A stretch of 37,616 nt of DNA from a bacterium (GCA_046757025.1 JBHHXN010000032.1:1-37616); one strand, 5' to 3'. Shown: positions 1-11,218, numbered from the stretch's first letter. The notes: generated by a model not told the origin, from the sequence alone. A program made the numbers and translations.

Positions 1-1
1 C

Positions 2-2161
2 GTACCAGCTGCCATTCCAGCGCAAAGTAGCCGAGGCTTTCTGGATTTTAGGATTGCGCATGGCAATCCGTGCATAATCATCTGGCGTAATGGCGCGCTC
101 CAGGCGCTTGCGAAACGTGGTGGGCGCAAACAACTTGACCTCGGAGATGGGCTCCGGCTCGCGGCCGCCTTGTGCAGGAAAAGGATTTCGAACGAAGACC
201 CGGCCGCCGCTGAAAGCGGTTTTGCGCAACACCATGTGCGCAATGCGTTCAGCGCCCACGTTGCCGTTCACGCCGTTCCCCACTCGGTACTCTGCCTGAA
301 ACTCCCGGCCTGCCTCCGGCAATCGCCCGGTTTCTCCGTCTCCAAATCTTAGATGCGCCCGGCCCGTTTCATCCATTTCAGCTGTAAAATGTCGGTCATC
401 TTCTTCGCTGGCCAGCAAATCTCTACGGGGTTCCCAGGCGCCGTTGCCGTCGGCGAGGGGTTCGAATTTCAAACTAGTCAGTTTGAGCTGCGGTACGGCA
501 GCGCGGGGATCCTGCTGCAACCGTCCGGCAGCCGGCCCGTCATCAGAAAGGTGCTCGCTAAAAGTAAGCGGACCCTGTTTGAGCACCGGCCGAAACAATT
601 CCGGTAGCAAACTCATGTCGGCCGGCCGGCCCTCTCTTTCGCAATGGACGTCAATCATTTTTGTAGGCACTTTTCCTAAAGGCTCATCATCTATTCGGCG
701 GCCGTGGTCCACCAGCAGCACATTTCCGCGCGCCACACTGAGGTCACGCAGCACGCAGCACTCCGGCGCCGGTCCCACAGCAGAAATGCATAACGGAAAT
801 GGCAGGGCGTCTTCCTTTGACCAGGCAATTTCCACCAGAGGTTTGTCGTCATAGAGCTCGTCCATTACCGGTTCAACCTTCGTTAACCGCACGATATGCC
901 TATGAGCGGGGTCTGCGTCCGCCTCGTTGCCGGTTTTGGGTCCGCGCACCTCTTCAAAGATAAGAAAATCTCCGGGTTGCAATTTTAAGTCGATATTTGA
1001 AAAATCGTCTTGGACGGTCATTTGATTGCCAGCGGGTTTCGGCGTCGCTATTTCAACTTGCGGCGGGGTCGGAGACCTCCGCCAATCGTATTCCAAAGTG
1101 GCCGAAGTGGCGCCGCGCGGCAAACAGCATTCGTCGTCGCCCCAGGTGTAAAATTTCAAGGTGTTATGCTTTTCAAACAACTCAATTTCAGATTGTGATT
1201 TTTTCACCAGCGGCTCAAAAACTTCATAACTTGCTGAAGGTACGCCGATTAAATCCTCGGCCTTCAGAACCTTTCCCGGCTCCGGTACATCTTTAAAGAC
1301 GGTTACAAAGGACATCTCCTCAGCATCAAGTGTTGCGGAAGTCAGCCCTTCAAGCTCCAGAGAGAGCCAAGCGCGGGCGTTGCAGCCTTCGTGCATCTGG
1401 TAATCCACCAGCCGGCTGTGCCGGCGCACGGAAATGCGTTTGCGCGCCGTGTCCAGATAGGCTTCGGTGGCCACGGCGTCCTGGTAATAGCTTAGGTAGT
1501 CGCCGGCGTAAGCCAGAATTTCTACCAGAGTTATCCCGAGATCCGGCACATGCCGCTCGTGCCAGACGGGCATGATCTGCGTCAACCGGTCCAGAAGTAA
1601 TTGCCGAAAACTGGCGTAATCTTTGGCCAGATAGTTGATCGCCACCGGCGGCATTTTTTTGGGCGGACAGATTTGTCGAGGTTGGCAGTCCAGATCACTG
1701 GGACAATTCGCTTTAAAACTAAACGGTAAAGTCGCGTAGCGGGAATCGAAACCCGGCAGCGGCCGCTCCGTGGGGTGATCGTTTTCATCCACATCGGTAA
1801 ATTTCAAGATGTAAGTCGAAAAATCCCCGGGCTTATCTACTTCGATTTCAAAGTAGTCGTCGATCTGCGGGTTAGGGCTGACTTTTAGCTCGATGCTGGT
1901 CACGTTGATTTCTGCGGCGCGACGGCGACCAGTGATTTGTACATATTTGAGCGCTTGCCGACGGTGCTCTTCGCTGCCGGTGAAAACCGCTTTGAGAGCT
2001 TCGGACGCTTTGCGGATCAGAAAGACGTGCAATTGGCGCTGATCTTTCGAGCAGATTTCGAGAAAATCGAGGCCGTTGAATTCCTTGCCCTCTACATCAC
2101 CTGAAACCCGCACTTTCTCGCGTCGTTTTTCATTTTGACAGCTCAATACTTTTTGGATCAT
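2..2161 (-). CDS. eCIS baseplate wedge/assembly protein (Afp11/Pvc11, baseplate J-like); 3' end lies outside the window, at least 720 aa
   Basis: Absent from the ORF track because no stop falls in the window. Manual translation from ATG 2161 (ATGA overlap with the gp25 stop) gives MIQKVLSCQNEKRR...FSFKANCPSDLDC...INYLAKDYASFRQLLLDRL...DLGITLVEILAYAGDYLSYYQDAVATEAYLDTARKRISVRRHSRLVDY...FYTWGDDECCLPRGATSATL...RAITPDDYA...RWNGSWY. The segments translated at both ends and in the middle share one frame. These motifs are typical of eCIS baseplate proteins. Confidence 0.92.
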   Translation of the reverse strand, partial: MIQKVLSCQNEKRREKVRVSGDVEGKEFNGLDFLEICSKDQRQLHVFLIRKASEALKAVFTGSEEHRRQALKYVQITGRRRAAEINVTSIELKVSPNPQIDDYFEIEVDKPGDFSTYILKFTDVDENDHPTERPLPGFDSRYATLPFSFKANCPSDLDCQPRQICPPKKMPPVAINYLAKDYASFRQLLLDRLTQIMPVWHERHVPDLGITLVEILAYAGDYLSYYQDAVATEAYLDTARKRISVRRHSRLVDYQMHEGCNARAWLSLELEGLTSATLDAEEMSFVTVFKDVPEPGKVLKAEDLIGVPSASYEVFEPLVKKSQSEIELFEKHNTLKFYTWGDDECCLPRGATSATLEYDWRRSPTPPQVEIATPKPAGNQMTVQDDFSNIDLKLQPGDFLIFEEVRGPKTGNEADADPAHRHIVRLTKVEPVMDELYDDKPLVEIAWSKEDALPFPLCISAVGPAPECCVLRDLSVARGNVLLVDHGRRIDDEPLGKVPTKMIDVHCEREGRPADMSLLPELFRPVLKQGPLTFSEHLSDDGPAAGRLQQDPRAAVPQLKLTSLKFEPLADGNGAWEPRRDLLASEEDDRHFTAEMDETGRAHLRFGDGETGRLPEAGREFQAEYRVGNGVNGNVGAERIAHMVLRKTAFSGGRVFVRNPFPAQGGREPEPISEVKLFAPTTFRKRLERAITPDDYARIAMRNPKIQKASATLRWNGSWY

Positions 2162-2523
2162 TGCACGTTACTCCGTTCAAAGGATTCGTTGCGGGATTCA
2201 CCGCTGCGCAAAACTACGTATTGAATTTCAACCCGCAAATTGGCATCGTCGCTTTGTACCAGCAGCTCCTGCACCTCGATGAGGTCCCCCAGCCACTGCT
2301 GCAGAGCAGCTTGAATGGTCACCTGCAAAGTCGCGGCTAATTCGGGACTGTTGGGCTCGAACACCAGTTGCAGCAAGCCGCTGCCAAAATCAGGACGATT
2401 GACTCGTTCTCCCGGACTGGTGAAAATGAGCTGTTCGATGAGATTGCGAATATGTCCTTCATCGTTAATGGCAGCGGTGCGGCCGGCGCCATCAAAATGA
2501 AATGGAAAGTCGATATTTAGCAT
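2158..2523 (-). CDS. GPW/gp25 family baseplate protein (Afp9-like)
   Basis: HIRNLIEQLIFTSPGERVNRPDFGSGL is the gp25 motif; 121 aa; lies between the PAAR-like and baseplate genes. Confidence 0.93.
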   Translation of the reverse strand: MLNIDFPFHFDGAGRTAAINDEGHIRNLIEQLIFTSPGERVNRPDFGSGLLQLVFEPNSPELAATLQVTIQAALQQWLGDLIEVQELLVQSDDANLRVEIQYVVLRSGESRNESFERSNVQ

Positions 2524-2644
2524 TTTTGTTTTATCGTTTTATTGTCCATTTTAAATCAATTATTTTCGATTCACTCGTTCAGTATCTTACTTCAAACAAG
2601 ATTTCCACTAATGAAAATAACGAAATTCGTAAACCGACTTATAG

Positions 2645-2693
2645 ATTTCGATATTCGAGTTTTCATTTTCGATTTACGATCTTCGCTTTTCGT
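2645..2693. repeat. Degenerate tandem heptamer repeat (consensus ~TTTTCGA x7), with an imperfect inverted partner at ~2609-2633
   Basis: ATTTCGA TATTCGA GTTTTCA TTTTCGA TTTACGA TCTTCGC TTTTCGT read directly from the sequence. Confidence 0.75.
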
Positions 2694-2757
2694 TTTTTTC
2701 TACCTGGAAGTCTGTCGTGGCATCTTTTTGAACAGTGTATCGCATCACTTACTCATC

Positions 2758-3093
2758 TCAGATTCCCTGGACACGCGTCTGCGTGGCCAATATATTCGGC
2801 GGTCCCTGGGGTATTTGCTCGGCGCTCAGACAAATCCCTGAACTGGTTTGTAAAATCACCGGCTGCCCCATGACCTTCACCCTGACCGCTGGCACCAGCC
2901 ACTGCACTTTGATGCAGGGCTGCGGCTTTGGTCCTGGCACGGTAAACGGACAACCAGCAATGGGATAATTATCCCCCAGTGTGGCCACCGGCTGCCCGCT
3001 GACGGTTACGCGGGTGTTGCTGCTCACCACCGAAATTTGTCCGGCATGAGGACATTGTGCAGTGGCATTCACATGATAAAAAAGTCCAGGCAT
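2758..3093 (-). CDS. PAAR-like / DUF4280-type spike tip protein (Afp10-like)
   Basis: 111 aa; Cys/His pattern CPHAG...GCPF...PCI resembles PAAR-like metal-binding tips; GGAGG RBS; follows the gpV spike gene. Confidence 0.8.
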   Translation of the reverse strand: MPGLFYHVNATAQCPHAGQISVVSSNTRVTVSGQPVATLGDNYPIAGCPFTVPGPKPQPCIKVQWLVPAVRVKVMGQPVILQTSSGICLSAEQIPQGPPNILATQTRVQGI

Positions 3094-3116
3094 TGAGAAC
3101 CTCCACTAAAAAGTCG

Positions 3117-3632
3117 TCAAGTAATTACCAGTGCGCCATTATTGATGGTGACTGTATTTCCCGTCAGCATGATGGTGGCGCCTTTGCCGTTGGAAATGGT
3201 GATGCCGGTATCGTTGATGGAGATAAAACCACCCGACTTGATCTTGAGCAAAAACCCGCCAGTGGGACCTGGAACGTCGCTCATCTGCAAAGTATTTTGC
3301 CCGACCGTTTGCATGACCATATTCTGTATTGCCGGCGGCGAAGCTAAAGCCAATGCCGGAATCTCAGTTTGCGACCCCCACCAGCAGCCGCTCCAGATAG
3401 GATAATCGGGATCCCCCTGTTCGTATTCCACCCACACGCCCGAACCAATATTCGGTACCACGTACATGCCCGATTGCATGCCGGCAAACGGCAGACAGGG
3501 CATGGCCCAGGTGGAAGGTATCAATCCTTCCACGTCCGGCACTTGCACCAGCAGCCGCCCCTGTCGCAGGGGATCGATGTTATTCAGAACCAGACCACGA
3601 TATTTGCCAAAAAATTTATTGTTATCACTCAT
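3117..3632 (-). CDS. Phage baseplate assembly protein V / Gp5 OB-fold spike (C-terminal part of a split VgrG/Afp8)
   Basis: FFGKYRGLVLNNIDPLRQGRLLVQVPDV...WAMPC...VPNIGSGVWVEYEQGDPDYPIWSG, then short beta-strand repeats. Confidence 0.92.
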   Translation of the reverse strand: MSDNNKFFGKYRGLVLNNIDPLRQGRLLVQVPDVEGLIPSTWAMPCLPFAGMQSGMYVVPNIGSGVWVEYEQGDPDYPIWSGCWWGSQTEIPALALASPPAIQNMVMQTVGQNTLQMSDVPGPTGGFLLKIKSGGFISINDTGITISNGKGATIMLTGNTVTINNGALVIT

Positions 3633-4753
3633 ACGCGTACTCTCGAAATGGAAGATTTCACCCCGCCTCGTACCAGCGAGAAACTTTGTTTATATTCACC
3701 TATTTTAATGTTGTGAGTCACACTTTTCACAAAATAAAGACCATCTTCTGTCAAGCCGGCTCCGCGCACCGAGATGAGCTGCCGCGGTTTTATGACCTGC
3801 CCGTAGCGGAGCACATCGAGCTGTCCGTTAGCTGATACCGCATCCGCTGCATTTGCCAGCGTGGAAAGCGCATTACAGGCAGCTTCAGCCCAATCTTTTT
3901 TTGCCGTATCACGCAACACCTGTGATTTCATTACGGTGGCTAATTTGGCCGCCAATGGGGGTTTCAACGGATTTAGAGGGGGAATGGGCACTGGAATTGG
4001 AATTTTGGTTCTCTTTTCTTGAATTTGAACCAATAAGAGTTTATTAGATAAACCATCGTAAGAAAAATTCAAGGATTCCACGTTAGTGGCCGCATCCATG
4101 TCGATGCTGAGCGCGGGCTGCGATGCACCGAACCGAATCTCCGGTCCCCAGTAAGCCCGACTGATCCCCGGTTTGGGTCCGGGATCGATATAAAAAACAT
4201 AACCGCATTGTTGGCCGAGACTGTTGATATAATTGAGATCCGTACCCTGATGTTTAGCGATGCTTTCCAAAGGATTTTTCACAAATGACAGTAAAGTTGG
4301 CACGACTATGGGAATAATTCCAAACACAGCGTATTTCGCAAGAATCAAGGCCACGCGCGCCCCAAAAGGTAGGGACGCGTAAGGAAATCCGGTCAAATCG
4401 ATAAAGTCCATCAGTACGCTCAAATCCATGCCGGTGATGGTAAGCGCGGCCTGGCCGGGCTCGTTGCTGGCGGTGACGTCTTGTTTGGTGATCACGCCGT
4501 CCATCAAGACGTGGGCAGCGCCGTTCACTGTGGCCACGATGATCACACGCGTGCGCGGATCAAAAAAGCCAGAGGGCAGGTAGTTGCGGCTGATGGCGGA
4601 ATTTTTTCCCAGGGTAAATTTCAACTGAAATCCGCTCTGACTGCTGGCTGCGGAAGTCACCTGCACTTCCGTCAGCGACTCAATCACGTCTTTGGGCACC
4701 GCTCTTGGAATGACGGAACCCATTTTCAAAGTAAGGTAAAATCCCCGGTTCAT
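3629..4753 (-). CDS. Baseplate hub protein (gp27/phage late control D-like; N-terminal part of a split VgrG/Afp8)
   Basis: 374 aa; VLMDGVIT, QGTDLNYINSLG..GYVFYIDPGP, GQLDVLRYG..KPRQLISVRGAG...DGLYFVKSVTHNI; sits between the LysM and gpV genes. Confidence 0.8.
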   Translation of the reverse strand: MNRGFYLTLKMGSVIPRAVPKDVIESLTEVQVTSAASSQSGFQLKFTLGKNSAISRNYLPSGFFDPRTRVIIVATVNGAAHVLMDGVITKQDVTASNEPGQAALTITGMDLSVLMDFIDLTGFPYASLPFGARVALILAKYAVFGIIPIVVPTLLSFVKNPLESIAKHQGTDLNYINSLGQQCGYVFYIDPGPKPGISRAYWGPEIRFGASQPALSIDMDAATNVESLNFSYDGLSNKLLLVQIQEKRTKIPIPVPIPPLNPLKPPLAAKLATVMKSQVLRDTAKKDWAEAACNALSTLANAADAVSANGQLDVLRYGQVIKPRQLISVRGAGLTEDGLYFVKSVTHNIKIGEYKQSFSLVRGGVKSSISRVRV

Positions 4754-5058
4754 AATGGCTGGCCCGAAAGGCCTTCTGGTAAAGTGATTCTCAATTTACG
4801 GTTGATTTCTTCAGTGAGCTCTTCGGGACGCATGGCGTTGTTGGCGTCGCAAATACGCCAGAACAGCTCGGCATCGCCCAGATGCTCCGCACTGATATTA
4901 TCCAGCCGATCACCCTCGGTGACCGCGTGCTCTTCGATCAAATCGAAGCGCTCCGCCGGCGGTACGAACCGCCGCAGCAGGTAGGGTATACTCCTGCCAT
5001 CCTCGGTTTTGAATTCGGCTTTCTCGATTTCATGATAACGACTGTTAATAGGAAACAT
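4750..5058 (-). CDS. LysM-like (phage tail X-like) eCIS protein, 102 aa
   Basis: Start moved to ATG 5058 (MFPINSRY), preceded by a GAGGTG RBS. Contains EHAVTEGDRLDNISAEHLGDAELFWRICDAN. Confidence 0.85.
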   Translation of the reverse strand: MFPINSRYHEIEKAEFKTEDGRSIPYLLRRFVPPAERFDLIEEHAVTEGDRLDNISAEHLGDAELFWRICDANNAMRPEELTEEINRKLRITLPEGLSGQPL

Positions 5059-5065
5059 AATCACC

Positions 5066-5725
5066 TCATTTGATTCGACTGATTCCAAGATTGAGCAATA
5101 AGCCGGTTTTGCTTTTGCTCGCTCGCTGTTCCTTTTGCTGGTGATGTACCATGAACAAATTGCTGGCTTTATGAGAAAATTGCAAATCATTGGTGTTCAA
5201 GACTCGCATTCCCAGACTGACTTTTGCCCGAATGGGATTCAAAGCGGCATTAAAAAATTCTTCGGTGATGCTAAATTCCGTCAAGCGCACCGGCAGCACC
5301 CGTTTAGCGCTCCAAACAAACAAAGCCAGCGGGGATTCCACAGGGCTGATTTCCAGCGTGCCAACGTTGGCCAGATTATTGTTTTGCTGCACAGTACGGC
5401 TGGCCGGGTAAACAATGGTTTCTAAAACATCCAACTGAGGCAGGATACCAAAATTAACTGCGTCCGGACTCTGGCCAGGAAATTCCAGTTGATCCGTGGC
5501 GTCTATTTCCACGTCCACCTTGATGGTTTCGGCCGGCGCACCTTTGAGTCGCAGGGTTTCGCTGCGATCGCCGCCATCCGCACCCGTGCCCATTATCTCC
5601 AGAGTACGAGTCAGGGTTTCGGGATTGTACTGAAACGAAATCACCCGCAGGACCGCCAGTGAATTCGGATTTAATAAAACGATGCCGCCTTTTACAAGTC
5701 GAGGCGCTCCGGGAAATGTACTCAT
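5066..5725 (-). CDS. CIS tube-initiator-like protein (Afp7/Pvc7 N-terminal, tube-like fold)
   Basis: ISFQYNPETLTRTL...PLALFVWSAKRVLPVRLTEFSITEEFFNAALNPIRAKVSLGMRVL; directly upstream of the LysM gene, consistent with a split Afp7. Confidence 0.82.
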   Translation of the reverse strand: MSTFPGAPRLVKGGIVLLNPNSLAVLRVISFQYNPETLTRTLEIMGTGADGGDRSETLRLKGAPAETIKVDVEIDATDQLEFPGQSPDAVNFGILPQLDVLETIVYPASRTVQQNNNLANVGTLEISPVESPLALFVWSAKRVLPVRLTEFSITEEFFNAALNPIRAKVSLGMRVLNTNDLQFSHKASNLFMVHHQQKEQRASKSKTGLLLNLGISRIK

Positions 5726-5839
5726 TGAGCAAGTATCCTTTCAAAGTTTTTTAATACCTGAGCTCTACTATTCATTAGCGTAGTATTTTTTGGCGTTCAA
5801 GTTTTACAGACTGAGTAAAAAGTCATAAATCCTTTATTC

Positions 5840-5911
5840 TGTCATTCAGCAGGAATCTTTTTAGTTTGGAAGCAAATGACTGTTCCTTAAAAAGATTTTT
5901 CCAGAATGACA
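5840..5911. repeat. REP-like palindrome TGTCATTC...GAATGACA with inner arms AATCTTTTTA/TAAAAAGATT
   Basis: Nested inverted repeat seen directly; shares its ends with the element at 33319-33352. Confidence 0.7.
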
Positions 5912-6023
5912 CGACCCGCTGGGTTGGATGATTCACATAGGCTCTGAGGCACAAATACCCACTTTCTAACAAATCAATTCGTTTGTACATATTTGCAAAC
6001 AGTTATCGCTTAAATCATGTATC

Positions 6024-6280
6024 CTAAACTTGCAAACTGCCGTAAAGATTTTGCGCAATTTGAAATCCCACCGTCCGGGCACTTGAATTGGCCGGAACTT
6101 CAAACGCACCTGCATTTAACAAGTCAATTTGACCGGCTTCTGCCACATTTGGAGAAATGCCTTCATTCAAAAACAATCGCTGCAACTCATTCTGCATAGC
6201 CTGACGAACCTCAAATCCATCGCAAAATTCAAATCCGTGCAGCACCAGTTCGTCGATATGCAAATCCAAATCGAATGGTT

Positions 6281-6284
<4 letters not shown>
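6024..6284 (-). CDS. Small eCIS-associated hypothetical protein (~86 aa)
   Basis: LHIDELVLHGF motif, which I recall from small proteins following the ATPase in similar loci; ATG 6284 overlaps the ATPase stop (ATGA). Confidence 0.75.
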
Positions 6285-8284
<2,000 letters not shown>

Positions 8285-8288
8285 GGTT

Positions 8289-10487
8289 TTAGACAGTGTG
8301 TGTTTTTATGATTTCACCCTCGCTGGGATCAAAACGAAACCCGGTTTTGACAATATTTGTGATGTTTAACGTATAGACTCCGTCGCCATCCTCGGTTGAA
8401 AATCTCGCCACCCCGCGGGAATCGGTATTTTCGGTTTGTTCCTCTGTGCGGCCATTGGGCAGGGTCCAGGTGGCGGACACCGCTGCGTCGGCAATCTTTT
8501 CTTTGCTTTCGTCTTTCACCGTGACCTTGGCGCGCACGCGTATTTTTCCTTCTCGCTGTTCCGCCTCCAGCTCGATTTTTTCCGAGCGAATAGGGGTACC
8601 GCCGGCGCCGGTGTCGCCACCAATCACAATGGCATTCACCAGATCGCTGTTTTCGCGATCAAATTCATAGCCGCTCTTTTCGATATTATTGATGTTGAGC
8701 GTGTAGGTGCCATCGCCATCCAGCACCATAAAGCGCGCCACGCCGCGCGTGTCGGTGAGCTCATTTTGCTGAGCAGAACCGCCTTCGGGTAAAAACCAGG
8801 TAATAAACACGTTTGCTTCGGAAATCTTCTCCTGGTTTTCATCGCGTACGGTCACTTTGGCGCGAATGCGCGTTTGTTCATTTTTGATTTCCTTTTCCAA
8901 TTCGATCCTGGTGGATCGCATCTTCAACAACGGCGAGGCCGTGGAAATGCTTTTCTTCAAAACACTGTTCGCTGAATCGAAATTGAAATTGGCCTTCGAC
9001 ACTTCCTTTATTTCCAGCGAATACTCACCCGTCCCATTTGAAATGGTAAACAGCGCCACGCCCGAACTGTTGGTAGTGGCGTTTTTGCTTTGCTCAGTGG
9101 CGTCCGGCAAAGTCCAGAGCGCCGTTAACGCCGCGCCTTCCACAGCCGCGTTGGCTTCATCTTTCACCGAAATGAGCGCGTTCACATTGAACACGCCGCC
9201 CGATTCTTCAAAAGACAGACCGATATCGGTGACGCGTAATTTGGCCAACGGCGGCGCCGGCCCAATTTGAATCTTCGGCCCTTCAAACTTGCCACCCTCA
9301 TCCACTTGCAGCGGACTTTGGGCGCCATCTATTTGTAGGCGTACCAGATAGAGCCCGTTTTTTACATCGCGGATGGGAATGTTCACCGTCCTCGAATCCT
9401 GTTCGCGTGGGGCAGCTGGAAAACTGTAAGAATCCGAAGTCGAATTGTCTGCCGTGGGAACGGTGTTTAACAGCAAAAGCACACGCTGCATTTTACCAAC
9501 CCGAGGTTGCACGGTTACCTGCACTTCCTGTTTATTTTCATCGTACTGAATGTCCGCTTCATCAAAATTCGGCTGCAGTACAAATGCCGCCACATTCGAT
9601 TCAAATCCATACGGCGGTGGGCCGGCAAATATCACGTGCACCACCTGAATGCCCTGCACGCCGGCTTGCAGCTCGTCGATGTTCGGTAGCGTCGAAAGGG
9701 AGAGTTTGATTTCGGTGTCCACCACCGATTGCGGTGTCGCCAATTGACCGCCGATTCGCACCTGGGAATTCTTGCTCTGCAATTTCTTGCCGCGAATCAA
9801 AATGGTGCTGCTGCTCAGAATGGCGGCATCGGCTCCATCTTCCGAAAGTATCGTTTCAATCACAGGACCTCTAAACGGCTGCACCACGATGTTGCGCTCG
9901 AGCACCGGCAGCGCCGGTTTGGTGGTGATTTCACTTTCAATCAGAACAACGGTCGCCTGAAACGACACCGACAACGAATATGGTATCTGAAAAAACACCG
10001 ACCAGAGTTTTGACAGCTCTTCCAATGAAATTGAGGTGGGGGTGAATTTCACCAGCTCTACTTCATCGGCGAGATTGGATCGCGCTAAAAAATTGTAAGT
10101 GGGATTGATGATGACGTCTTTAATATCTTCTCGTGTTAAAACCGGATGCTCATGGATGGTTCTGACGGTACTGCCTAATAATCGCTGCGGTTCCAAAGTG
10201 ACTTCATTGCCATAAACCGTTAGCAGATAATGTAAATCAATTGCGGCTCGCGGACGCTGAACCATTTGGCTATTGGACCTGCGAGTGGGAAGATCGGTAT
10301 TTCGATAGGCGGCGTTTGGCGTGACCTGATAAAGATAAATGTTCACTCGCGGCGCCGGATTTTGATTGACGAGATTGTTGGGCTGCTCGGTAGTGACCTC
10401 CGCACCGGGCACATCCGATTGCACCGCATCGAGTAAAATGTGCCGTAGGGTGGCGGTTACCGTGGCGATCGCCAAAAAATTACTCAT
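8289..10487 (-). CDS. Afp16/Pvc16-like cap (tail terminator) protein, DUF4255 N-terminus, extended by IPT/Ig-like domains and three ~105-aa repeats
   Basis: MSNFLAIATVTATLRHIL...VNIYLYQVTPNAAYRN...LHYLLTVYG...EELSKLWSVF...YSLSVSFQATVVLI is DUF4255-like; the C-terminal repeats are visible by eye. Confidence 0.88.
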   Translation of the reverse strand: MSNFLAIATVTATLRHILLDAVQSDVPGAEVTTEQPNNLVNQNPAPRVNIYLYQVTPNAAYRNTDLPTRRSNSQMVQRPRAAIDLHYLLTVYGNEVTLEPQRLLGSTVRTIHEHPVLTREDIKDVIINPTYNFLARSNLADEVELVKFTPTSISLEELSKLWSVFFQIPYSLSVSFQATVVLIESEITTKPALPVLERNIVVQPFRGPVIETILSEDGADAAILSSSTILIRGKKLQSKNSQVRIGGQLATPQSVVDTEIKLSLSTLPNIDELQAGVQGIQVVHVIFAGPPPYGFESNVAAFVLQPNFDEADIQYDENKQEVQVTVQPRVGKMQRVLLLLNTVPTADNSTSDSYSFPAAPREQDSRTVNIPIRDVKNGLYLVRLQIDGAQSPLQVDEGGKFEGPKIQIGPAPPLAKLRVTDIGLSFEESGGVFNVNALISVKDEANAAVEGAALTALWTLPDATEQSKNATTNSSGVALFTISNGTGEYSLEIKEVSKANFNFDSANSVLKKSISTASPLLKMRSTRIELEKEIKNEQTRIRAKVTVRDENQEKISEANVFITWFLPEGGSAQQNELTDTRGVARFMVLDGDGTYTLNINNIEKSGYEFDRENSDLVNAIVIGGDTGAGGTPIRSEKIELEAEQREGKIRVRAKVTVKDESKEKIADAAVSATWTLPNGRTEEQTENTDSRGVARFSTEDGDGVYTLNITNIVKTGFRFDPSEGEIIKTHTV

Positions 10488-11218
10488 GGCTTGCCCCCGC
10501 TTTGCTGTTGCAAATATTCACTCAAAGAAAGCACCGGACTGGGCTTGGAAACATTTCGGCGAAATTCAGGTGTTTTCGATGGCATGACGGCCCGCACTTC
10601 CACCCGCCCGATTCGAATCTGCACCGTCGGTTTCGAGGAAGACGCAAGTTGCATTTGAGGAGCCACCGGAAACAGGTCGCGATTGTGCATAATGAAATCT
10701 CGAAACTGATTTTGTGTCCCCTCCCCATCAAGCGTATTCGTTGCAGCATTTATTGACGCCGCACGCATTACTGGATTTTGTTCAGAAATAAGCAATTGAT
10801 TCATTTTTTTGGCGGAAGCGTCCAAAACAGAGCGGTTTGAACCCAGCAGAAGCGAACCGTCTTTTAAACCAGCTTCCTTGAACTGCGGCTTTTGGGCTGA
10901 CATAATTTCGTAGTGACCTGCCGTCTCTTTTTGAAAAATTTGATTGAACCTGGGTGTTGTTACATCCCTTTCCATTTTCTGGTATGAATTATTGTGTGAA
11001 AGCAAGCGGTCATTAATTTGCAAATTTTCACCTTTTGTTGGATTCCCTGCATCCGTTGCCGACGGCTGCATGGGAACCGTTCCCGGCCACGACTCAGTCG
11101 AAAGGCTGTCCTGCGCAACCATGACCGTGGGCTTTGAAAACAACGGTTGAATCATCGGCTGAAGACGCGGTGTCACGCCCAATGTTTGGGCGGTTAAGTG
11201 ACTCAAAAAGCCGGTCAT
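10484..11218 (-). CDS. eCIS-associated hypothetical protein, largely low-structure, with C-terminal VQIRIGRVEVRA...LSLSEYL motif
   Basis: 244 aa; 4-bp overlaps with the genes on both sides. Confidence 0.75.
   Translation of the reverse strand: MTGFLSHLTAQTLGVTPRLQPMIQPLFSKPTVMVAQDSLSTESWPGTVPMQPSATDAGNPTKGENLQINDRLLSHNNSYQKMERDVTTPRFNQIFQKETAGHYEIMSAQKPQFKEAGLKDGSLLLGSNRSVLDASAKKMNQLLISEQNPVMRAASINAATNTLDGEGTQNQFRDFIMHNRDLFPVAPQMQLASSSKPTVQIRIGRVEVRAVMPSKTPEFRRNVSKPSPVLSLSEYLQQQSGGKP

Noticed and set aside
90..1794. Short ORFs in the track (for example 444-854 +, 997-1296 +, 1582-1794 -)
   Set aside because: Antisense or off-frame shadows of the baseplate gene.
2502..2873. 123-aa and 99-aa plus-strand ORFs
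   Set aside because: Antisense to the operon, overlapping real genes, and largely produced by the T-rich heptamer repeat.
5059..5190. N-terminal extension of the LysM ORF
   Set aside because: Overlaps the upstream gene; ATG 5058 has a good RBS and a typical N-terminus.
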